Shown here one piece after another: positions 1 to 15,300 of a DNA stretch of 64,000 nt. The translations under genes and the position numbers were made by a program. The notes beneath the pieces are model-generated. The model searched no databases. It was not told where the DNA came from and worked only from the letters and a program-made list of their open reading frames with translations. Every line of letters starts with the position of its first letter. Position 1 is the stretch's first letter. This DNA comes from Perna viridis (taxonomy: Eukaryota), in contig CM074520.1 of the NCBI GenBank assembly GCA_037379345.1, positions 20,501,488-20,565,487 on the forward strand. The letters are read 5' to 3'.

Positions 1-1689
1 ATGATTCATCTTTGGTTATGATAAGGTTTTTTCTAAATGATTCACAGAAATGATTTGGATGGGGTGGTGGTTGGAGACCTACGTTATGAAAAGTATGGAA
101 GGGCGTCTTTTTGAAAACAATTCTTTAATTTCAATCTCTGTTGTTTTCTAAGAGTCGTTTTCGTTATCAAGTTAACGTCAGGTACGCATGTGTCAGTCAT
201 ATGATCACACTTTCCCCTTGACGCGACTTCAGTCGTCCTCAAAATTATTTCCTGGTCATAGTATTGGCTTTTCAGATTGTTTCCTGATAGTCTGGTCATA
301 TTATGCAAGCTTGCAGTTTCTCCCTAATTACCAAATCATTTTCGAATAATAGCACATGATCAAGGTGTATTGGGATAATTTATATCTAATTAATAAGCAC
401 CTGATTATAATTAGAAACAAATGCATTAGACAACATCCTACAAAATGTTCTTTACACAATATGGAAGTAAGAAGTAACTATATTTACGTTGAAACATATG
501 TTAATTGGCTAAGCTATAGAATCACTGACAAAAGTTATCATCTGTTACTTACTACAGTAGCATTCAGCGTATTCAGATCGGAGAGTTTGCACGACCAAGG
601 CTCACTGGGGTTTTAGCGCTACTGATATTCGTCTTTTTTTTACTTCTGATTACATATAAGACTGCAGTGATGTAAATCATCCTTACATTTCATGCACATT
701 TATTATAGTGATTTTTTTCTTTAGACGCCATAAATTTTCAGTTTATGACAGGAATATATCTGCAACCGATTTCGGTCTTTCTGCAAGAATAAATATTTCG
801 CGATTCTTATCTAATAAATTTGTATGGTGATTGCAATGAATAGCCAAACACTGTACAGGAGTTTTAAATTTATTTTCGTTTCCCCAAAAACTGGAAAGGA
901 AATTTCTTGGCAACAGCAAATGTAAGTTACTTAGTTTTTGTTCTTTTCCTTTAAATTTAATTGTTCGTTATCTGTTTTTTATTGGTGTGAAGAAGATAAA
1001 GGTATTTGCCATAAAATCCTACAATATTCGAAAATTGGAGATAAAGCGGGTATTTACTATGAAATAATGGATAGTTTTATCTATTTAGGTTAAGCGAGAA
1101 AATCTTTACAATTCTTTGGCTTGATTTAGAAATTGTTTTTCCAAACAAATCTGTGTATAGCTTTATGTGGTCAGTTCTGGCGCCAATTGTAATTGAATTA
1201 AATCTTTTCTGAAAGGTGATCAGAAAACGAAACAATGCCGAACTTTACTAATGCATTGTTTTTCGATATTTGTTTTCAATGTCAAATTTGTATATGTTCT
1301 GTGTATAATATACCTATAATTTGCATAAAGTATATTTGGTTGTGTAGCGAATTGGTAACGTAGCTTGGCTGTATAAGAGCTATTTTCAATGGAAAGCAGG
1401 TCGTGTTTTCTGTTAGATAATAAAAGGTTTTGTAATGTTAAAACGAAGATATAACGCTCTTCCGCATTTTTCATTTCTTTTTTTTGTGTGTGTATTAATG
1501 ATGAATTTAGATAGATGACTTTTTTGCGGAATTTGCCTATAAAATTGGCTACCAGACAACTAATCGAAGATGCTTTATAGCATACGAAATAAAGTGTAAG
1601 AAATAATTAATCATGGTTAATTGTTTGACATGATTTTTATACTTTTATTTCCTTTGTTATTTGGAGGCAGCCAAAATAATTTTGAAAAT

Positions 1690-2100
1690 CCTCACCTGGC
1701 ACCACCATGAGGAATATGCACCTAATTCTGGAACCAATGTTATGGGCAACTAAAATCAAGGAGTAGATCGTATTTTGGAACCACCTTGTTAGTTTGTCCG
1801 TCCGAATTTTTCGTTGCAATTATCTCCACTCTCAGTGGATGGATTGATTTCAAATTTGGTGTGTGGCTTTATGTAGATTGGGCATACGTTGTAAGCCATT
1901 TTTTTAATGCTGCATGGTATCAAATTCCTCTTTCGTGTGACTTTTTTCAATGTATGGAATAAAGTCGAAAATTTCGTCATAAGAATCTCGGCCCCCACTG
2001 AAGGAATTGATTTCAAATTTGGATTGTGGCTTTATATAGATGAGACATATATTTTAAGCGATTTTGATTGCAATTTCAATTTCCTGCATGTACGATAACG
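1690..2100 (+). mobile_element. Degraded Helentron/DINE-like non-autonomous repeat
   Basis: GTCCGTCCG microsatellite seed and a twice-repeated core (ATTGATTTCAAATTTGG..TGTGGCTTTAT.TAGA at ~1842 and ~2006). Confidence 0.4.
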
Positions 2101-5100
2101 CGTGCAAATCATGTTTTTTTTCTGATTTGGGTTCACCAATCAATGGTACATCAATCAATAATTAAGAAAAACAAAACAAGAGATACGATGACATAGAAAA
2201 TGACCTCACTTGACCATTGTAATAATATTTATGTTGGGAGATAAAATTCTCATGGTCATCTCTGATCGCCATCGATCTCTTCTGGTATCAACGACCCTTA
2301 TAACAAGTCACATAAGTTTTGTATTATGTACAAACAAATCAGTCAACATTTAAAGCTTTTCAACAATATGCCGTCATTAATTCTGTAAATTATTGGAAGA
2401 TGTTTCGTGCGCATTAAACAACAGGACTTTATGAAGCCAGCAAGGCGGGAACTTGTCAAACTCTGCTCACCTCGACGACGTAATCGCAACACGAATTTCA
2501 GCTTTGACTTTCATCTCACGGGTAACGAATCTAGTCCCTGGTTTCGATGTACACGTTTATAGAATCAACATTCTTTTATCATAACATCGATATGTTGTCT
2601 CTGCTTTAAGCTGTTGACAAATTATCATAAGAGTCCATCGAGATAAAAGAAAACCGTATGGTAATACAAACGAACTAATACTTGTTCAAACTGCATTAAG
2701 CCCTTGACTATCTTCAGTGCAGTGCACTAATTCAAAAAGAAAAACTTCGCATCGACCTTACACTAAGCGTATTTAAAACTAAATGCAGCTTTTTACACGT
2801 ATAAAATAACATATGCAGGAGAACCCTTTAATAAACGACTTCATTGGTATCTCTCTTCGCTGTTAATATTACAGTGTACGAAATAACGGTTAAAACAAAA
2901 TTACTGAACTAATCGGCAAACTCATAGGCATTAGTTCAAAAGGAATACTTAAAATGATATTTGCAAGACAAGACCTCTATAAAAACAATAATATACTCTT
3001 ATATGTGCCACTTCAAATATACTAAAGTGACGAGTGCTGCGTAGAACTTTATAATCGTCTTGAAGAATTTCTGATAATATGCAAAATCATGGAGGTTGTT
3101 TTATTGCAAATGCATTTATGCAAGTGAATCACCCATCGTACCAGTCGGCACATCTTTCTGCTAATCTATTATCGTCTCTTTGTTACGTAATGAAATTAAT
3201 AAATGCAAAACCCATACGACATTGATAGTGTTGATCTTTTGCACATATGGCAAACATGCACTATACTGGAGGTGCTAAACTTACCTTCTACTTTAGGATG
3301 GATGCTAAAAATTATAAAAGGATCCAATACATGAATTAAAAATGGTGGATTCAAGGCTATCAATTGCGAAATTTCGCCCGAAATTTGCACAAATTGACAA
3401 TTTTTTCAATCAAAAAGTGGGTGTCCCCCCTGTGTTTGCCATTCTTTTTTAGCCATATTGAGCGGAAAGGTTTTAATTCAATACAAATTGTATGTCACAA
3501 CCATTATGGTGAACCTCGACAAGAAAATAAAAAAAAAATTACATTCTCCACAAATCTTATTCTTGTTGTAGTGAACGGTGAAATGGAAGATTTTTCATTG
3601 CTATGTAATATCAAGTGGTTTTTGATAGTTTTCCGTGGTTTTATATGAAATTTCACACTTGGACATGTAAATGTATTTGTTGTTGTTGTACCACATAATT
3701 ATTTATGCTTGCACAATATTTAAACCTGATTTATGCATTGCAGTTCTAGATACCAGTATAATATGACCAGTAAATATCATCTACCGGGAACTTGCGCCTT
3801 TACAAGGGAAACGTTGTATTTCCATGCACCAAACTGACATACTTGTTGATAATATAATAAGCATTAAGACATTGTGCATCTATAGATCTTCTTACATTGA
3901 ATAGGGGGTGGGAGAATAAGCATCCAAATTACAAAATAATTGATAGAATACCTATACGACAAATTTCCCACGTTTCAAATAAATCGAAGATTTAGGCATC
4001 CTTTATTTACTTGTAAAAGTAGATTTAATATTCATGTTATTGATCATATGTTCCTGATCAGAATATTCAATTAAAATCTTGCTGTGAGTGACTCACCAAT
4101 GTTTCTGTCTTGTTTGATGTCTATGTATTTTATTTATATTTTGACACCTTGCACCTGAAAAAATAAACTTTGAAGTATTGGAATATTTAAGTATGCACAT
4201 ATTCTTGCACCCCAAATTTCAGATGTAATGTTATTTACAATATTGGGCTATTGAACCCATAATTTCATTGTCTGAAGAAAGCATTACAGTACATCATCTT
4301 ATATCTTAAAAGCTCGATGGAGATGCAGTTCAGATTTTACAAAACATAATGACAATATGAAGTATTAAAACTGTTAGCTCTTCTTCGCAATGATTAAAAA
4401 ATTATGAGACAAACGGCAGACGTTTCAGCAATATTTAGGGAACCTTAGAGTCAATACTGTATCTTTTATACAATCCAATGTAACAAAATCAAATGGTATT
4501 CCTTGTAGGGGGCAATATTGACAAACGCGTCAACATATGAAGCTATGTATATGTATAGGGACAGCAATATTTTTCAAACTATGTATTTCAAGTTTTATGG
4601 AAATTGATATCTTACATATTTTTTCTCAACCAAATTAAAAACGCGACTTGGGCAGTTTTTTGTATCGTAACCACATTTAATTGAATTTAACTCAAGCCTA
4701 TAAATGTCTTTTCACTCCTACATGAAACTTCGTCTTGATTTAAATATTCAACGAAATAAGTGAAAATGAAATCTGACATACAATTCATAGGTATATATAT
4801 ATATATAAATTGGGTGGGAGGTGTTGACAGAGTTCCTTTCTCCTACTCAAAGGTGATGACAAGTTCTAAATGGCACGATTCTAAAACCCGACATTTCTTG
4901 AATCAATCGAATCTTTAATGTTTTAAATGTACGGTTGTATTTGATTACGATTTAATTAACTGATTAGAGCCCTTTCACCTTGCAATTACATGATAAAGCT
5001 AATTCGAAAACAGGGCGGGATCCGTAGAATTATTTTAGTTGTTCCTATGCTTCCTGGTGACCATAGTTTGTCAAAACGGACTAAAGAAGTCTTTCATAAC

Positions 5101-5356
5101 AATTAAAGTACAAATTCGAGAACTTAATCTAGAAATGTATATCCTAAGCTTAATCACCCGTGAGAATTTAAAAATAAAAATGATATTTAAACAGTTTTGT
5201 TTAATTTATACTATCTATTTTGACAACGAAATCTATATATACGTTGAAGTCTTATTTATTAGTATCACTTGCAGATTAGTCGAGCATTATGGTAACTCAT
5301 TTGAAGTTCATGTATGTTTTAATCGATCTTTTAAGCCTTAGTTATAGAAACTGGAA

Positions 5357-5720
5357 AATATATTGAAATAATATCAATATTACAGGCTATTAAATACCTT
5401 TGAACCTTTTGGTGGTAACGTAAAGTTAGATTTTCTGTTTACAATGTCCGTGTCTTCTATTGATATTAACTGAAACAGAAGCATTTTATATCTAAACCAA
5501 ATCGCTTTAATTGCATCAATAACTTGGTGAGTACGCTGCGTACTAATAGCTAATCTGCAAGAAAATTGTACTGAACATTCAATTAGTATATACTATTCAC
5601 GGTAAATCATTATAGTACAAGGTTTCTGAATATTGTAAACAGAAAATATAACTTTACGTTATCACCAAAAAGTTCAAAAGGCGTTTAATAGCCTGTAATT
5701 TTTATGTTATCTCAATATTT
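5357..5720. mobile_element. Foldback/MITE with ~85-bp imperfect terminal inverted repeats
   Basis: TTACAGGCTATTAAATACCTTTGAACCTTTTGGTGGTAACGTAAAGTTAGATTTTCTGTTTACAAT (5380-5445) pairs with ATTGTAAACAGAAAATATAACTTTACGTTATCACCAAAAAGTTCAAAAGGCGTTTAATAGCCTGTAA (5632-5698). Confidence 0.7.
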
Positions 5721-6157
5721 AAGTTGATCGATTCGAATTTTAGTTACTAGTAATTAGAGGGTCACTAACATAATGTAGCGAGTAAATATTGGAAAAATGT
5801 GTATTTCCGTAGCTACAAGTAGCACATCTGTTTGAATAATATGGTATGGAGTTCAGTCGCAGTAACGAGTGTATTTCTAACTCTTTACAATGGGGCTGTT
5901 TCGTCTCTACAATATGTGCCGAATTAGAAACTTACATAGAAAGTATTATCTTATATTGCAAGTGTTTAATTATTGTGTGTGTGCTTTTTTTTTGTTATTA
6001 GTAATTGTATTATATTCCATCTGATACATGTACATGTAGATCGGGTCTGTTTCCTGTTTTCACGATTTAGCCATGCACTTGGATTTTCATGTATTCCTTT
6101 TTTTATAATTTGGTATTTTATACCTACAACAAAACTTAACTTGAATATCATTTACAG

Positions 6158-6302
6158 AAAACAAGAAGATGCAGACTCACAAATACTTGTTCAACTCGAT
6201 GTTTTCGATGAACAGAAATCAAACGATGAGGAACAGTTGCCTGGTATCAAAGGTGTGGATCTAAACAGCCCTTTGGATGTCTTCCATGCTATATTTAGAC
6301 AG
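6158..6302 (+). CDS. INF2: Formin exon (DID/FH3 C-terminal part)
   Basis: tttacag|AAAAC ... GACAG|gtacg; encodes [48 protein letters not shown]. Confidence 0.85.
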
Positions 6303-9300
6303 GTACGATAGAGGATCAGATCCCGAGTGTTTGAAAATGGGGTTAGAAAAAAAGGGGGACTCCAGGCTATTATTTGGTTCATTTTTGCCCAAATTGCACT
6401 TATGCAACACAATTTCCCAACAAAATGGCAAAAGGGAGTCTCGGTCCTAATGGGTAACTGTAATGAGAGTTATCTATATCGTTCCCTTCCAGAACCAACC
6501 ATGGAAATGACAAAATTGAGTTTCCACTGACTAACCGCGTTTTTTCTATCAGTTTATCTACTAAAATGGTATAAAATTATTCAAAATGTCTCGAACGCAT
6601 TCAAGCCTGACCAATCCTAGTATGTAAATTTTCATTAAAAGTATCAAAAGTTCAAATATCTACAGGCCAACATACTTCTTCTTAATTTGTACAAAAACCC
6701 ATGTTTTTGTTGAGTAATTTACATGGTCTAGGATCAACAAAAGCTTGAGACAGTTTTAAGGGCTTAATTCGATCTTTTGAAAGAAACAAACCAAACCGAG
6801 GCGATAGACGTATTATGCGTACTGTTAGCATATTGATATGTTTTCAGACAAAATTTTCCTGTTTGCTTTTCATAATATAACGACACGATACCAGTTGATC
6901 AGTGATATAAAAGCACTCAAAATATGATTTGTTATTTTTGAAAATGCTAATTGGATTTTGATATTCAGTGATTATTGTATTATTACTCGTTTAAAAAGGT
7001 TTACTCTGTAAGAATTTTAATCGTTCTCAATTTTCACAGTTTGAAATCTGTTTTTCTGAATTACTCAACTACGGATCACTGTCCTAGTTTTTGACAGTGG
7101 TGTAACGAACATAAAATATCTATGTAAATCAAATAAAAATCAGATTGATGAAATCTTTTGACGGAAAACCTTCGCAGCATATTTTTTTTCAAATCAAAAC
7201 GTACAACTTCGGGTGCAAAAATTCCCAAATCTAATGTGTAAAAAAGCTATGCCAGTATTGTAAGGTTTATTGATTTTTCAAGAGCTATTAACGAGATTTC
7301 ATATTAATCTCAAAATGTTTTGAAATATATTATAAAATTAATATACTTATCTGATAGCATTATATAATAAAATTTATTCAACAATCATAGACGCGATTAT
7401 TATTGAACAACGATGTTAATCTGCCAGTTAAATAAAGAACGGCGGATTTCTTTTAAATTATCAGGATTACATTCTGTGTAGATATCATGTTTGAACATCC
7501 TTGTTACATTTTCCGTACTTCAAGTTAGGTGCGATCAAATTTTCTTTGTGTGTTTGTTTATTTTGAAAGTCTTTGTAAACATTAGGTTTATATGATATTA
7601 ATAAGAGTATTCATTTATATGGACACTGTGGTGGTCTGTTGATCCGTTGTTCGTGCAACCACATTCGATAGGAGCGAATAACAAGGAATATAATAAAAAT
7701 AGCGAAATGGTAAATATTGTTATTCGTCAAAACAAATTCGCGTATTGTCAATTTTAATTTATGCATTGATAAGACTCATTAATGGGCGGTCAATTTTTTT
7801 CGGCAGATTTCAGATACACCTCAGGAGATCTGCTTCCTCACGACGCTTCAACACATGTTGAAAATAGACCCCAGTGATGTAAATGGACAGCTGATCTGGC
7901 AGACAATTGAAAAGCTGATATCGAGAGCAACTTTGATCGAAAATGTTGACGACTCTCAAAAGCTTATTATGTCTTCCATGAGGAAACGAGAAAAATCGAC
8001 AGATGGAAAGTGTACTTGTTCTTGTCATGATGGACGCACTCGTGTTATGTCTCCAAAACGTGTTTCAGAATCAGACAGTTTAAATAAATCACCAGGGCCA
8101 CCTCCTTCTATAAAGGGTGCACCACCACCACCACCTCCGCCGCCGCCAGGCGCTGTTGGTCCACCACCACCTCCTATCCCACCAATGGTGCCTGGAATGG
8201 CACCTCCACCTCCACCTCCTCCGGGAATGGTTCCACCGCCGCCACCTCCGGGTATGGGCATTGCTAGGACTACACCACAGAAACTACCTCAACAAAACAT
8301 TCCTAAGCCAAGTACTAAGTTAAGAACTTTACAATGGCAGAAAATTCCGGCAAATAAAGTGCTATCTGGAAAACCTAACATTTGGAATACGGCAGGGAAA
8401 TTGTTTAATGGGTATGTTACTAAAATGGACTTTGGAACTATTGAGGAGTTATTTAGCGTGAATTCGAATCCAGATTCTTCCACTGAAAAAGGACCTGGAT
8501 CAAATTCCTCGGATAAGAAAAAGAAGGAATCCACTGAGGTAATTACACAATTTTCCGCTCACGTAATTTATAATGGATAAATAATAAAATGAAAATATGG
8601 TTTTAATAATATGTGGGATTTCAATACCTTTAACTTTGCATCTTTGTATTTTAAGAAATTTTATGGTTGCCCCTTAATGGATATAAGGATGTATGTGTTA
8701 TGTGTGGAATTTCTTTATATCGTATTCTTGTATGTAGAGCCAATGCTACAATTGTATTTCTTGCTGTCTTATTTGCATCCCTTTCAGTTGATAAGATTTC
8801 GTTTTAAATTACAAGTGCTTGTTCAATCAAAGATGATATTGCATATCTTTTGAGATGTTTTTTTCTTCAAATAAACACAAATAACCTGTTATAACGTCCT
8901 TATTTTACGGCTTTATATTCCAAAAAATGAGAATAATATTGTTCATACAAGTGATCATATCTCATTTAGAATCAAATTGCATAGGCATGCTTGAAAAGTC
9001 ATGTATAGATTTACGACATAGTCTGCACCACATGATATCATGCTCCACTGCTTAAAATACCTGCAGAAAAAGGACAAGATATTTACCATGTGTTAAATAC
9101 GTGATGATTTTGCTTTAATCTCGAGGCGAAACGATACGATACATGTATGTATCCAAAATTTAAATTTCAAGTTGAATAACTGGCATAATTTATTTATGTA
9201 TTATGCAAAAGCATGTGATTTATTTCTAACATGGTTTTAATATCTTATTTCTGTGAAAAAGAACATTTACGTTGAGTTTCTATCCCTCTATGATGTTCAC

Positions 9301-12300
9301 ATGTACCATATTTTAATCATAGCAAACTAGCTTTGCATTTTTATGTAAACAGGATTTGAATATCCTTTTTTTTTCTTATTATATAATCTCAAGTACTTTA
9401 TATTTACACAAACACAGTAGTTGGTGTGTTCCTACCTAAGATTCCACCTACAGTTGTCACAATATAGTTACATTGTGAAATATCTCTCTGTAATTAGCTG
9501 ATACATGTGCATGATAGGCTAATACATGTAATCGTCGTAAACTTGCAAAATATCTAGGTGTCATTCTTTCTCGCAGACTTAAAAAACGTAAGCTACTGTC
9601 CCAGTGAACTCTACGATAAACCTTCCTCCAAAAAACTCATTAGTACAATATTAAAATGCAATGGTAATAAATCTTATTTTGATAAACATATTTTAACTGT
9701 ACACAATACTGAATATTGTAATGATATATGAATTTATGGAATTTCAACAGTAACATATTACACTCTGTTATAAACCCGAGGTCCTTCAGACTGTAAATAT
9801 CATCATAGCCCTATTTAATGCGACATATTTGCAATTTTATCAGAGTATAAAAGCAAAGTAGGTCTTTACTTCACTGATATGGCTGTTTACTGTAGGAGAC
9901 TATTTAAATTGGATTTACATCGCTTGGATTTGTGTGGCTATAAAAGTCGTGATTTGTCATAAATTCCATATCAAAAACTAATTTGACAAACCTATCAATG
10001 TCCTTGTACACAAATGACCCTTAAAATCTCGCTCAAACATCGGTTCACTGAAGCCGTAGGAGATCCTACACTAAATACTCAAACAATTGTGTCGTATTTG
10101 TTGTCTTTTTGGTCATTGTTTAGATCAACAATCCACGTTACAACAATCTTATGTCAATCTTCACCATATTCGTTTCATTAAACCCCTCATTGACTATGAT
10201 TAGTGTTAATTTAAAGGGATACGTGTAAAAAATATTGAAGATCTTTTAGTTAAGCTTCACTGTTTGACGTCACTTTGATCTGGGTTTGCAGGGGATCTTT
10301 TTACCTTTGTAGGGTGCTTTCCCAAAATCTGATGCACCTGCAAAAACAGTAATGACGCATAATTCAATTCGTAAAACTGTGAGAACTTTTAAAGCAGAAC
10401 AAATTTTGCTTTTTATGAAGAAATTCGTTTCTTTCCGCTATGATCCCTGAATAAACAATTTCAAAATAAGTGCCGAGTGTTTAGATTGAATTGAATACTG
10501 TACGACTGTGTAACACGGAGAAGTTTATTCTTGTAGCTTTGATTGTCAGAACGTTTGATCGAAGTTCGAGGGCAGAGACATGTGCACTTGTCTTCATTCA
10601 TAAAATAGAAATTTACGTTAGCGTTAACCTAATTATATTGATTTGTCATCATTGAGTGAAGTTCTACAAGGTGATCCATTAGCGCTTCTGTCATTTATGT
10701 TAAAGTTATCTTAACTTTAAGTCAGATTTTTGTCAAGTGTAAACACCGAAGGTCTCTATAAATGTATTTTAAAGCAACATTTTACTGACATACACTCTCC
10801 TATGACTTGTACTTGACATTTCTCCCAACTGAATTAAATTTAACAAAAGACAGAATTGACATTATGAAAAATGACCATAAACAACCAATTATGAATTTTA
10901 TTCATTAAAAATATAATTGGTTTGAACAAAAGTTTAAGATTGCCGTCACGCAAGTTTAAGAGCACTAGAATTGCTGATTTTTTTCGAGCCATTAAGCACA
11001 ATTTTAAAAACTAATTGGTCGAATGAATAATTCGTTTTACTAGAGACAAGTTCAAATTATTTATGATGGTGAGTTCGTTCACTACTAAGAGTTAATTTTT
11101 GCTATGCATAATATATTTTTTTATTTGAACATATTTTTTTCTTGCAGATAAATCTGTTGGAAGGGAAACGAAGTCTCCATGTAAATATACTCCTGAGACA
11201 ATACAAGATACCCAGTGCAGAGATTGTACAATTAATCCGTGACGGTGCTAGTGATAAACTTGGTGCAGAAAAACTCCGAAATCTACTTAAAGTTCTTCCA
11301 TATGAAGACGAGGTAAACACTACATCCATTTTTGACTCCACAAATAGAGTATCTGGTATTTGATACCTGCTTTTATGCTTTCAAAGTTAGCAATTCATTT
11401 ATATTGAAATGTGCCCGTTCCAGAAAAATTGAAGCTGATCGATGTAATGAATACTCTAGTTTGAATTGAATGTACAGGGTTTGCGTACTAGTATTTTATG
11501 TTGTTTCCCGTTGTAGGTCGATAAATTGAAGTCATTCAGTGGGGACAAGACCAAATTAGGATGTGCTGAAAAATTTATTCTAAGTCTGCTTGATATACCA
11601 TAGTGAGTATGACTTAAATTTATTTCAAATCTTGAATTTGGTTTTCTGGTACTGATATATACGTTATTCTGAAGTAGTTTCTTCCATTTTATGTACAATA
11701 AAGAACGTAAAGGTATTGTCTCCGCCTTTGTTTGGTTTTCAGTTAAAACAATATTTGTTGTCATATTTTAGCTATAAATCAAGAATAGAGGGCTTTGCTG
11801 TAAAGGAAGAATTCACAACAAATATGGAATGGATAAAACCTGCAATAGACGCAGTGATTTATGCAGCAAAAGGTATACTTACTATTTTTCTCGAACATCT
11901 CCTTTATCTGATATGAATTAAGCAAACATTTCATCATACTGGGAAATCGAGAACAAATCTAGTTCCTTGTATAGGTATGATCTCTCCTGCACAGACCTAT
12001 AACGACTTCCTGATTCACTAAGTAACACGCCGCTAGCTTATGGGCTGTGAAGCTTTGAAATAGCAAATACACAAATACCCTCTGGCGCAGGATATTCTTG
12101 TCTGAATTCCCTTAAACCCTGCAACCTTTCTCGTTTAAAAGAAACAAGAATGGTGCAGATTTTTATAAACAAATATGGAACGGAAATGAAGCATTTACGG
12201 GAATATGATCGCTGAAAACTTAACGACTTAAGTGAGTTATTTTATTTTGACAATTATTGTTGTTTTATTTTGTAAATAAATCTACATTGGAGGTGTCAAG

Positions 12301-15300
12301 ATGATTGATTTGTGTATTTGCAGGTAGTGATTAAAACCCCACCGAATAATTTGTTTTCTACAATTTAATTGAGCCGTTAAAACAATTTGTAATATGTTCC
12401 AAGCTGAAAATGAGAAACCATTACTTAAGATTTACGTTCAATAGACAAATATGTCTTCATTAAATTTTGTTCAAAGCGGACTTAGTCAGACCCACACAAA
12501 CGCCGAATAATGATGAATTCGCGGCACATTTTTAAGTAGTCCATTTGCATATTAAGTATGTCTTCCCTTATTTTACGACACAAACTGTGACCTATGGTAA
12601 CCTTTTCTGTAAGCGAGACCGAATGTGTGCCTATGTTCTTGACAAAAATAGAAACGAATGTCGAGTTAACACATAATAGGCTTAATTTATATAACAACAT
12701 CTCGGAAATTCACCTTTTTGCTAGCCTGATCTTGATTTCAATTTTTCAAATAATACTATTTCACTCTTAATCATATTGTTGAAATCTTAAAAATACATAA
12801 AAGGTAAGAAGTAGCAATTTTGACCTTTTGACAGTTTACCTAACTTCGATATAGAAAGCCCGCAAGTAGAAATTGTCAAAGTTTCCCTAAATTCAGTGGC
12901 ACTTCAGTAAATTCGCAGTAGAACATATCGCTAACTCTTTTTGAAAACTTAAGCTCTTATAAAAGCACTTGCCTGCTTTATATTGTATACATTTCCCGTC
13001 ATTATAGAGCAGTATTATTCTTTATTTTAAATATTGACTTCTTCACACTTAGTTTCAATATTAATAATGCAAGCTATTATACTATTTAAAAATCAGAAGA
13101 AATATTGACTCGGGCAACCAACAGATGACGAATGCCCTACACGATCTTTTTGAATCCAACGCTTGTAAGAAATATAAAGACAGTCTGCTAAGAGAAACAT
13201 ATACCATGTTTGTTTTCTTTTTGTCTTCAGAGATTAAAGAAAATAGTCACCTGCATGAGCTTCTTTACCTGGTGCTAATTGCTGGAAACTACCTGAACAA
13301 TGTAAGTTCTTAAGACGGTGACCTGTAGTGTCTCTCCCATGTCTTAGGATAGTCATGCTGTGTATTCATCATCTAAATCCTAGTAAAATCTTTTTAGATC
13401 TAAATGACCAGATGAAAAGAAAAAAACAAACATGTTGGCCATTAATATATTGATTCCCACTTGTGAACAACAATCAGTAAGAGCACATTGCTGTTGATTG
13501 TGAATAAATACTTAGTAGCACCATAATTAAGCGATAATGAATGAAACTTCTACCCTACAATATTATATCTATCATTTACAATGAAACATGTTTAAACCGA
13601 ACCCCATTTGAATTGTAGAATTTGTGCGGTTTATTCAGGTTCAAAATACACGAAGGAATTAAAAATTGTTCTGGTTTCGACAGCACTTAACTGATCATAT
13701 CAGTAAATAGAAATTCTCAATTTGTTCCATAATTTAGAGGTTTGAGTAAAGTTTAGACAGATATTACTGTATCAAATTTTCGATTTCATGGTAGTTCTAT
13801 CTTTAAGTTTGCATTGACAATAAGAGGCTTATGTGAATGATCTCCCCTTGAATTGACTATCAAACCTTCCATATCAAACATGTAACTAAGGTCACTTGCA
13901 ATTTGCAAACTGTTATCATATCTGTTTAATACTATTCTTTAAGAAGTACTTTAAAACCTTATATATCAACAGACAACACAAAACAATTTCGATTAAATTC
14001 GATATGCGAAAAGTACAACACGTGTGATTTCTTTAATTTGACAACTTTTGTAATAATTTGAACATAACCATTATAATATTTTGAAATTACTTTCAAGTTG
14101 ATGACTTGAAATTATGAACCTAAGCAATATTTATATAACTCTTTAACTTGGGACCTAACCTTAGTTAAATATTGTGAATCATTTTGTTTGTTACAGGTTA
14201 TGGGTATATGCTAGAAAGTGTGAAAGAAAGTCTATTGAAAATATAATATGCCATAATACATTGAAATATTTATAAAATCCTTTTTTGTTAAACCTGTTAT
14301 TATATCAAATCATATCTCCGCCAAATATTAGTAATAGGGATTAAAAGCCTAGCCTTTCTACGACATTAACCACTGTGTAATAGTTTAATTCAATAGAATT
14401 TAGTTTACGTACCGTTTATATATATACTTGGGGCAGACAATTCTTTTTTTCTGGATAACATTAATCTCGTTTACCTATACATAATCTGTGTCTTTTAAGA
14501 TTTGCATTGTGGGAGGTACAAATAGAACTATCAATGTCCAAATATACCTTGCTTTACATGAACTCTTAATAATATTCTTTACTCAATTTTGACAACTGAC
14601 AATTCCTTAAAGATTAATTGTGAACACAACCAAATCGAGAAGTTTTACCAAATTTTGAATGTGATTTATTCTCACGTACAGTTTCATTTCAGATTTCTCT
14701 CAAATTAAAAGATAAGCTAGTTTCTTCACAGCATCGATGCAACCTGTTGATTGCTAGCAGCAGAAATCATCATAAAAATAATCGTCCTACCTTATATTTT
14801 GTATTTCCGTTGCCCATGACAACAATATTGTGATACTTTATTTCCACCTTCCTTCGATTGTGGATTTGTAGATCTCATTTCATATCTTCTAAATTATAAT
14901 TGAGTTCTACAACAACGAAACTTTGATTCAGACATTTTAATTTCAACTCACTACATGTATTTTTTATCTAGAGACATTTTTATTTTCAGGGAAACTATGC
15001 AGGAGATGCTGCTGGATTTAAACTGTCCTCTCTTATAAAGCTGACAGATACTAGGGCTAACAAGCCAAGAATGAACCTTTTACATTTTGTTATACAGGTA
15101 TGTTACATTGTATTTGTGTCCCTTTTAAATCATAGAAAAATCTAAAGGAGTCTGTTGACAATATTTTAAAATAGTTATTAATTTGTATGCTGAAAGAGTA
15201 ATCAAGGGAACCAAGGTTATAGCGGTAATCAAAAGAATGTAATCCAGGGACAAAGACCAGACATGGAAAACAGACATATATAACAAAGAACATAAAGTAA

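Noticed and set aside
1-6157. Upstream DID-coding exons of the formin (a donor-like GTAAGT at ~922 was noted)
   Set aside because: No translation resembling the expected DID sequence was found, so these exons probably lie upstream of the window
8025-8323. Gly-rich antisense ORF and poly-His frame-shifted ORF
   Set aside because: Shadows of the FH1 poly-proline codons
14197-14240. Possible alternative FH2 exon after TTGTTACAG
   Set aside because: In the required phase it reads VMGIC-stop, and the true exon at 14990 supplies the conserved motif
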